DNA from: Eledone cirrhosa
Taxonomy: Eukaryota
Length of the DNA: 64,000 nt
Assembly: GCA_964016885.1 (NCBI GenBank)
Contig: OZ024743.1
Coordinates: forward strand, 142,972,001-143,036,000
Direction of reading: 5' to 3'
Each line of letters starts with the position of its first letter. The stretch's first letter is position 1. The translations under genes were made by a program, and so were the position numbers. The notes beneath the pieces are model-generated. The model was not told the origin of the DNA, made no database searches, and was given only the letters and a program-made list of their open reading frames with translations. Positions 56,451-64,000 of this stretch are shown piece after piece.

Positions 56451-59400
56451 GGTGCTTGGTGTTTGGTTTTTGGTGCTTGGTGCTTCGTGTTTGGTGTTTG
56501 GTGCTTGGTGATTGGTTCTTGGTGTTTGGTGCTTGGTGCTTGGTGTTTGGTGTTTGGTGCTTGGTGCTTGGTGTTTGGTGCTTGGTGCTTGGTGCTTGGT
56601 GTTTGATGCTTGGTGCTGGTGCTTGGTACTTGGTGTTTGGTGCTTGGTGCTTGGTGCTTGGTATTTGGTGTTTAGTGCTTGGTGCTTGGTGTTTGGTTTT
56701 TGGTGCTTGGTGCTTGGTGTTTGGTGTTTGTTGCTTGGTGCTTGCTTTTTGGCGTTTGGTGTTTGGCGTTTGCTGTTTGGCGTTTGGTGTTTGGTTTTGG
56801 ATTTTTGGCGTTTGCTGTTTGGTGTTTGGTGTTTGGTGTTTGCTGTTTGGTGTTTGGTGTTTGGTGATTGGTGTTTGCTGTTTGGTGTTTGTTGTTTGCT
56901 GTTTGCTGTTTGCTGTTTGATGTTTGGTGTTTGGCGCTGGGTGCTTGGTGCTTGGTGCTTGGTGTTTGGTGCTTGGTGCTTGGTGCTTGGTGCTTGGTAT
57001 TTGGTGCTTGGTGCTTGGTGTTTGCTATTTGGTGTTTGGTGTTTGCTGTTTGGTGTTTGCTGTTTGGTGTTTGCTGTGTGGTGTTTGGAGTTTGCTGTTT
57101 GGTGTTTGCTGTTTGGTGTTTGATGTGTGGTGCTTGGTGCTTGGTGTTTGGTATTTGTTTCTTGGTGCTTGGTGCTTGGTGCTTGGTGTTTGGTGCTTGG
57201 TGCTTGGTGCTTGGTGTTTGGTGCTTGGTGCTAGGTGTTTGGTGTTTGGTGTTTGGTGTTTGCTGTTTGGTGTTTGGTGCTTGGTGCTTGGTGCTTGGAG
57301 CTTGGTGTTTGGTGTTTAGTGCTTGGTGCTTGGTATTTGGTGTTTGGTGCTTGGTGTTTGGTCTCTGGTGTTTGGTGCTTGGTGCTTGGTGTTTGGTGAT
57401 TGGTGTTTGGAGATTGGTGTTTGGTGCATGGTGCTTGGTGCTTGGTGTTTGGTGCTTGGTGCTTGGTCTTTGGTGTTTGGCGCTTGGTGCTTGGTGTTTG
57501 ATGGTTGGTGCTTGGTGTTTGGTGTTTGGTGCTTGGTGTTTGGTGCTTGGTGCTTCGTGTTTGGTGTTTGGTGCTTGGTGCTTGGTGTTTGGTGTTTGGT
57601 GCTTGGTGATTGGTTCTTGGTGTTTGGTGCTTGGTGCTTGGTGTTTGGTGTTTGGTGCTTGGTATATGGTGTTTGGTGCTTGGTGCTTGGTGCTTGGTGT
57701 TTGATGCTTGGTGCTGGTGCTCTGTACTTGGTGTTTGGTGCTTGGTGCTTGCTGTTTGGCGTTTGGTGTTTGGCGTTTGCTGTTTGGCGTTTGGTGTTTG
57801 GTTTTTGATTATTGGCGTTTGCTGTTTGCTGTTTGGTGTTTGGTGTTTGCTGGTTGGTGTTTGGTGTTTGGTGTTTGCTGTTTGGTGTTTGCTGTTTGGT
57901 GATTGGTGTTTGCTGTTTGGTGTTTGGTGTTTGTTGTTTGCTGTTTGCTGTTTGCTGTTTGATGTTTGGTGTTTGGCGCTGGGTGCTTGGTGCTTGGTGC
58001 TTGGTGTTTGGTGCTTGGTGCTTGGTGCTTGGTGCTTGGTGCTTGGTATTTGGTGCTTGGTGCTTGGTGTTTGCTATTTGGTGTTTGTTGTTTGCTGTTT
58101 GGTGTTTGCTGTTTGGTGTTTGCTGTGTGGTGTTTGGTGTTTGCTGTTTGGTGTTTGCTGTTTGGTGTTTGATGTGTGGTGCTTGGTGCTTGGTGTTTGG
58201 TATTTGTTTCTTGGTGCTTGGTGCTTGGTGCTTGGTGTTTGGTGCTTGGTGCTTGGTGTTTGGTGCTTGGTGCTAGGTGTTTGGTGTTTAGTGCTCGGTG
58301 CTTGGTGTTTGGTGCTTGGTGCTTGGTGCTTGGGTTTGGTGGTTGTTGCTTGGTGGTTGGTGTTTGGTGCTTGGTGCTTGGTGCTCGGTGTTTGGTGCTT
58401 GGTGCTTGGTGTTTGGTGGTTGGTGCTTGGTGCTTGGTGCCTGGTGTTTGGTGCTTGGTACTTGGTGTTTGGTGCTTGGTGCTTGGGTTTGGTGGTTGTT
58501 GCTTGGTGGTTGGTGTTTGGTGCTTGGTGCTTGGTGCTCGGTGTTAGGTGCTTGGTGCTTGGTGTTTGGTGTTTGGTGCTTGGTGCTTGGTGCTTGGTGT
58601 TTGGAGCTTGGTGCCTGGTGTTTGGTGCTTGGTGCTTGGTGCTTGGTGTTTGGTGCTTGGTGCTTGGGTTTGGTGGTTGTTGCTTGGTGGTTGGTGTTTG
58701 GTGCTTGGTGCTTGGTGCTCGGTGTTTGGTGCTTGGTGCTTGGTGTTTGGTGTTTGGTGCTATGTGCTTGGTGCTTGGTGCTTGGTGTTTGGTGCTTGGT
58801 ACTTGGTGTTTGGTGTTTGGTGCTTGGTGCTTGGTGTTTGGTGTTTGGTGCTTGGTGCTTGGTCGTTTGGTGCTTGGTGCTTGGTGCTTGGTGTTTGGTG
58901 TTTGGTGTTTGCTGTTTGGTGTTTGGTGCTTGGTGCTTGGTGCTTGGAGCTTGGTGTTTGGTGTTTAGTGCTTGGTGCTTGGTATTTGGTGTTTGGTGCT
59001 TGGTGTTTGGTGTCTGGTGTTTGGTGCTTGGTGCTTGGTGTTTGGTGATTGGTGTTTGGAGATTGGTGTTTGGTGCATGGTGCTTGGTGCTTGGTGTTTG
59101 GTGCTTGGTGCTTGGTCTTTGGTGTTTGGCGCTTGGTGCTTGGTGTTTGATGGTTGGTGCTTGGTGTTTGGTGTTTGGTGCTTGGTGTTTGGTGCTTGGT
59201 GCTTCGTGTTTGGTGTTTGGTGCTTGGTGCTTGGTGTTTGGTGTTTGGTGCTTGGTGATTGGTTCTTGGTGTTTGGTGCTTGGTGCTTGGTGTTTGGTGT
59301 TTGGTGCTTGGTGCTTGGTGTTTGGTGCTTGGTGCTTGGTGTTTGATGCTTGGTGCTGGTGCTCTGTACTTGGTGTTTGGTGCTTGGTGCTTGGTGCTTG

Positions 59401-62400
59401 GTGTTTGGTGTTTAGTGCTTGGTGCTTGGTGTTTGGTTTTTGGTGCTTGGTGCTTGGTGTTTGGTGTTTGGTGCTTGGTGCTTGCTGTTTGGCGTTTGGT
59501 GTTTGGCGTTTGCTGTTTGGCGTTTGGTGTTTGGTTTTTGATTATTGGCGTTTGCTGTTGGCTGTTTGGTGTTTGGTGTTTGCTGGTTGGTGTTTGGTGT
59601 TTGGTGTTTGCTGTTTGGTGTTTGCTGTTTGGTGATTGGTGTTTGCTGTTTGGTGTTTGGTGTTTGTTGTTTGCTGTTTGCTGTTTGCTGTTTGATGTTT
59701 GGTGTTTGGCGCTGGGTGCTTGGTGCTTGGTGCTTGGTGTTTGGTGCTTGGTGCTTGGTGCTTGGTGCTTGGTATTTGGTGCTTGGTGCTTGGTGTTTGC
59801 TATTTGGTGTTTGGTGTTTGCTGTTTGGTGTTTGCTGTTTGGTGTTTGCTGTGTGGTGTTTGGTGTTTGCTGTTTGGTGTTTGCTGTTTGGTGTTTGATG
59901 TGTGGTGCTTGGTGCTTGGTGTTTGGTATTTGTTTCTTGGTGCTTGGTGCTTGGTGCTTGGTGTTTGGTGCTTGGTGCTTGGTGTTTGGTGCTTGGTGCT
60001 AGGTGTTTGGTGTTTAGTGCTCGGTGCTTGGTGTTTGGTGCTTGGTGCTTGGTGCTTGGGTTTGGTGGTTGTTGCTTGGTGGTTGGTGTTTGGTGCTTGG
60101 TGCTTGGTGCTCGGTGTTTGGTGCTTGGTGCTTGGTGTTTGGTGGTTGGTGCTTGGTGCTTGGTGCTTGGTGTTTGGTGCTTGGTACTTGGTGTTTGGTG
60201 CTTGGTGCTTGGGTTTGGTGGTTGTTGCTTGGTGGTTGGTGTTTGGTGCTTGGTGCTTGGTGCTCGGTGTTTGGTGCTTGGTGCTTGGTGTTTGGTGTTT
60301 GGTGCTTGGTGCTTGGTGCTTGGTGTTTGGTGCTTGGTACTTGGTGTTTGGTGTTTGGTGCTTGGTCCTTGGTGTTTGGTGTTTGGTGCTTGGTGCTTGG
60401 TGTTTGGTATTTGCTGTTTGCTGTTTGGTGTTTGGTGCTTGGTGCTTGGTGCTTGGAGCTTGGTGTTTGGTGTTTAGTGCTTGGTGCTTGGTATTTGGTG
60501 TTTGGTGCTTGGTGCTTGGTGTCTGGTGTTTGGTGCTTGGTGCTTCGTGTTTGGTGATTGGTGTTTGGAGATTGGTGTTTGGTGCTTGGTGTTTGGTGCT
60601 TGGTGTTTGGTGCTTGGTGCTTGGTCTTTGGTGTTTTGCGCTTGGTGCTTGTTTTTGATGGTTGGTGCTTGGTGTTTGGTGTTTGGTGCTTGGTGCTTGG
60701 TGCTTGGTTTTTGGTGCTTCATTCTTGGTGTTTGGTGCTTGGTGTTTGGTGTTTGGTGTTTGGTTCTTGGTGTTTGGTGCTTGGTGCTTGGTGCTTGGTG
60801 CTTGGTGCTTGGTGCTTGATGCTTGGTGTTTGGTTCTTGGTGCTAGGTATTTGGTGTTTGGTGCGTGGTGCATGGTGTTTGGTGCTTGGTGCTTGGTGCT
60901 TGGTGTTTGGTGCTTGGTTCTTGGTTCTTGGTGTTTGGTGCTTGGTGCTTGGTGCTTGGTGCTTGATGCTTGGTGTTTGGTTCTTGGTGCTAGGTATTTG
61001 GTGTTTGGTGCGTGGTGCTTGGTGTTTGGTGCTTGGTGCTTTGTGCTTAGTGTTTGGTGCTTGGAGCTTGTTGTTTGGTGTTTAGTGCTTGGTGCTTGGT
61101 GTTTGGTTTTTGGTGCTTGGTGCTTCGTGTTTGGTGTTTGGTGCTTGGTGATTGGTTCTTGGTGTTTGGTGCTTGGTGCTTGGTGTTTGGTGTTTGGTGC
61201 TTGGTGCTTGGTGTTTGGTGCTTGGTGCTTGGTGCTTGGTGTTTGATGCTTGGTGCTGGTGCTTGGTACTTGGTGTTTGGTGCTTGGTGCTTGGTGCTTG
61301 GTATTTGGTGTTTAGTGCTTGGTGCTTGGTGTTTGGTTTTTGGTGCTTGGTGCTTGGTGTTTGGTGTTTGTTGCTTGGTGCTTGCTTTTTGGCGTTTGGT
61401 GTTTGGCGTTTGCTGTTTGGCGTTTGGTGTTTGGTTTTGGATTTTTGGCGTTTGCTGTTTGGTGTTTGGTGTTTGGTGTTTGCTGTTTGGTGTTTGGTGT
61501 TTGGTGATTGGTGTTTGCTGTTTGGTGTTTGTTGTTTGCTGTTTGCTGTTTGCTGTTTGATGTTTGGTGTTTGGCGCTGGGTGCTTGGTGCTTGGTGCTT
61601 GGTGTTTGGTGCTTGGTGCTTGGTGCTTGGTGCTTGGTATTTGGTGCTTGGTGCTTGGTGTTTGCTATTTGGTGTTTGGTGTTTGCTGTTTGGTGTTTGC
61701 TGTTTGGTGTTTGCTGTGTGGTGTTTGGAGTTTGCTGTTTGGTGTTTGCTGTTTGGTGTTTGATGTGTGGTGCTTGGTGCTTGGTGTTTGGTATTTGTTT
61801 CTTGGTGCTTGGTGCTTGGTGCTTGGTGTTTGGTGCTTGGTGCTTGGTGCTTGGTGTTTGGTGCTTGGTGCTAGGTGTTTGGTGTTTGGTGTTTGGTGTT
61901 TGCTGTTTGGTGTTTGGTGCTTGGTGCTTGGTGCTTGGAGCTTGGTGTTTGGTGTTTAGTGCTTGGTGCTTGGTATTTGGTGTTTGGTGCTTGGTGTTTG
62001 GTCTCTGGTGTTTGGTGCTTGGTGCTTGGTGTTTGGTGATTGGTGTTTGGAGATTGGTGTTTGGTGCATGGTGCTTGGTGCTTGGTGTTTGGTGCTTGGT
62101 GCTTGGTCTTTGGTGTTTGGCGCTTGGTGCTTGGTGTTTGATGGTTGGTGCTTGGTGTTTGGTGTTTGGTGCTTGGTGTTTGGTGCTTGGTGCTTCGTGT
62201 TTGGTGTTTGGTGCTTGGTGCTTGGTGTTTGGTGTTTGGTGCTTGGTGATTGGTTCTTGGTGTTTGGTGCTTGGTGCTTGGTGTTTGGTGTTTGGTGCTT
62301 GGTATATGGTGTTTGGTGCTTGGTGCTTGGTGCTTGGTGTTTGATGCTTGGTGCTGGTGCTCTGTACTTGGTGTTTGGTGCTTGGTGCTTGCTGTTTGGC

Positions 62401-63126
62401 GTTTGGTGTTTGGCGTTTGCTGTTTGGCGTTTGGTGTTTGGTTTTTGATTATTGGCGTTTGCTGTTTGCTGTTTGGTGTTTGGTGTTTGCTGGTTGGTGT
62501 TTGGTGTTTGGTGTTTGCTGTTTGGTGTTTGCTGTTTGGTGATTGGTGTTTGCTGTTTGGTGTTTGGTGTTTGTTGTTTGCTGTTTGCTGTTTGCTGTTT
62601 GATGTTTGGTGTTTGGCGCTGGGTGCTTGGTGCTTGGTGCTTGGTGTTTGGTGCTTGGTGCTTGGTGCTTGGTGCTTGGTGCTTGGTATTTGGTGCTTGG
62701 TGCTTGGTGTTTGCTATTTGGTGTTTGTTGTTTGCTGTTTGGTGTTTGCTGTTTGGTGTTTGCTGTGTGGTGTTTGGTGTTTGCTGTTTGGTGTTTGCTG
62801 TTTGGTGTTTGATGTGTGGTGCTTGGTGCTTGGTGTTTGGTATTTGTTTCTTGGTGCTTGGTGCTTGGTGCTTGGTGTTTGGTGCTTGGTGCTTGGTGTT
62901 TGGTGCTTGGTGCTAGGTGTTTGGTGTTTAGTGCTCGGTGCTTGGTGTTTGGTGCTTGGTGCTTGGTGCTTGGGTTTGGTGGTTGTTGCTTGGTGGTTGG
63001 TGTTTGGTGCTTGGTGCTTGGTGCTCGGTGTTTGGTGCTTGGTGCTTGGTGTTTGGTGGTTGGTGCTTGGTGCTTGGTGCCTGGTGTTTGGTGCTTGGTA
63101 CTTGGTGTTTGGTGCTTGGTGCTTGG
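53907..63126. repeat. 4,640-bp tandem duplication (about 53907-58486 vs 58547-63126), apparently identical or nearly so
   Basis: There is a constant 4640 offset for all ORF pairs checked (54332/58972, 55160/59800, 55834/60474, 56414/61054, 57323/61963, 57966/62606) with matching translations. Private motifs: GCTATGTGC at ~54119/~58759, GGTCTCTGG at ~57360/~62000 and GGTATATGG at ~57661/~62301. Confidence 0.93.
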
Positions 63127-64000
63127 TACTTGGTGTTTGGTGTTTGGTGCTTGGTCCTTGGTGTTTGGTGTTTGGTGCTTGGTGCTTGGTGTTTGGTGTT
63201 TGCTGTTTGCTGTTTGGTGTTTGGTGCTTGGTGCTTGGTGCTTGGAGCTTGGTGTTTGGTGTTTAGTGCTTGGTGCTTGGTATTTGGTGTTTGGTGCTTG
63301 GTGCTTGGTGTCTGGTGTTTGGTGCTTGGTGCTTCTTGTTTGGTGATTGGTGTTTGGAGATTGGTGTTTGGTGCTTGGTGTTTGGTGCTTGGTGTTTGGT
63401 GCTTGGTGCTTGGTGTTTGGTGCTTGGTGCTAGGTGTTTGGTGTTTAGTGCTCGGTGCTTGGTGTTTGGTGCTTGGTGCTTGGTGCTTGGGTTTGGTGGT
63501 TGTTGCTTGGTGCTTGGGTTTGGTGGTTGTTGCTTGGTGGTTGGTGTTTGGTGCTTGGTGCTTGGTGCTCGGTGTTAGGTGCTTGGTGCTTGGTGTTTGG
63601 TGTTTGGTGCTTGGTGCTTGGTGCTTGGTGTTTGGTGCTTGGTACTTGGTGTTTGGTGTTTGGTGCTTGGTCCTTGGTGTTTGGTGTTTGGTGCTTGGTG
63701 CTTGGTGTTTGGTGTTTGCTGTTTGCTGTTTGGTGTTTGGTGCTTGGTGCTTGGTGCTTGGAGCTTGGTGTTTGGTGTTTAGTGCTTGGTGCTTGGTATT
63801 TGGTGTTTGGTGCTTGGTGCTTGGTGTCTGGTGTTTGGTGCTTGGTGCTTCTTGTTTGGTGATTGGTGTTTGGAGATTGGTGTTTGGTGCTTGGTGTTTG
63901 GTGCTTGGTGTTTGGTGCTTGGTGCTTGGTCTTTGGTGTTTTGCGCTTGGTGCTTGTTTTTGATGGTTGGTGCTTGGTGTTTGGTGTTTGGTGCTTGGTG

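Larger units (their letters stand above)
1..64000. repeat. 7-bp tandem satellite array, consensus (TTGGTGY)n / (RCACCAA)n, about 9,100 monomers, extending beyond both window ends
   Basis: Seen directly: every line parses as TTGGTGC or TTGGTGT monomers or substitution variants of them (TTGCTGT, TTGGTGA, TTGGTAT, TTGGTAC, TTAGTGC, TTGATGT, TTGGAGC, TTGGCGT). No unique sequence and no strand inversion were seen. Monomer count is 64000/7. Confidence 0.99.
49300..64000. repeat. Satellite domain II: same monomer, different diagnostic variants, modules of ~1.0-1.9 kb
   Basis: The landmark GAT(G/A)TGTGGTG...GGTATTTGTTTCTT occurs at about 49301, 50810, 52244, 53830, 55257, 57122, 58171, 59897, 61762 and 62811. 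Motifs seen only here: GGGTTTGGTGGTTGTTGC, GGAGATTGG, TTGATGGTTGG, CTTCATTCTT, GATTATTGGCG, GCTCTGTAC, GCGCTGGG. The domain I landmark is not seen after 47434. Confidence 0.92.

Noticed and set aside
1-64000. Canonical telomere tract (TTAGGG, TTTAGGG, TTAGG, TG1-3)
   Set aside because: The consensus TTGGTGY matches none of these and lacks GGG runs. Inherited higher-order variants are not what fresh telomerase addition produces.
1-64000. Fungal RIP signature (TG->TA variants such as GGTATTT and TTAGTG)
   Set aside because: G->A variants exist but are sparse and are inherited with the modules. The great majority of TpG/CpA sites are intact, and transversion variants are also common.
1-64000. 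Pure sequencing or basecalling artefact, or random low-complexity filler
   Set aside because: Rare variants recur in conserved order at kb-scale offsets, copies differ by whole-monomer indels and a few SNVs, and phase shifts add up exactly. This pattern fits real satellite evolution, although copy number of the youngest duplications still needs read support.
1-64000. Embedded transposon, tRNA/rRNA gene, hairpin or terminator
   Set aside because: No non-satellite insert was seen on reading through. The near-absence of A and scarcity of C on the + strand precludes substantial inverted repeats.

Overview
The whole 64 kb window is one uninterrupted, single-orientation tandem array of a 7-bp monomer, consensus TTGGTGY (TTGGTGC/TTGGTGT; minus strand GCACCAA/ACACCAA), roughly 9,100 monomers, open at both ends. 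I find no credible gene, RNA gene, mobile element or CRISPR array. All listed ORFs are artefacts: the monomer has no stop codon in any frame, giving WCLV(L/F)G(A/V) on + and TKHQ(A/T)P(S/N) on -. The interesting signal is the nested higher-order structure written in rare variant monomers. Domain I (1 to ~43.3 kb) is built of ~1.7-2.6 kb modules, grouped into ~5.8 kb and ~11.87 kb periods, with a younger ~13.4 kb tandem duplication on top. A transition zone (~43.3-49.3 kb) contains a ~2.4-2.5 kb duplication and a single-copy divergent stretch. Domain II (~49.3-64 kb) has its own diagnostic variants and ~1.5 kb, ~3 kb and 4,640 bp periods. The 7-bp register is almost perfectly kept, with phase shifts explained by a few inherited indels. 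The best interpretation, by inference, is eukaryotic heterochromatic satellite DNA (centromeric, pericentromeric or subtelomeric). Organism and function cannot be determined from this window. Boundaries were read by eye and are approximate.
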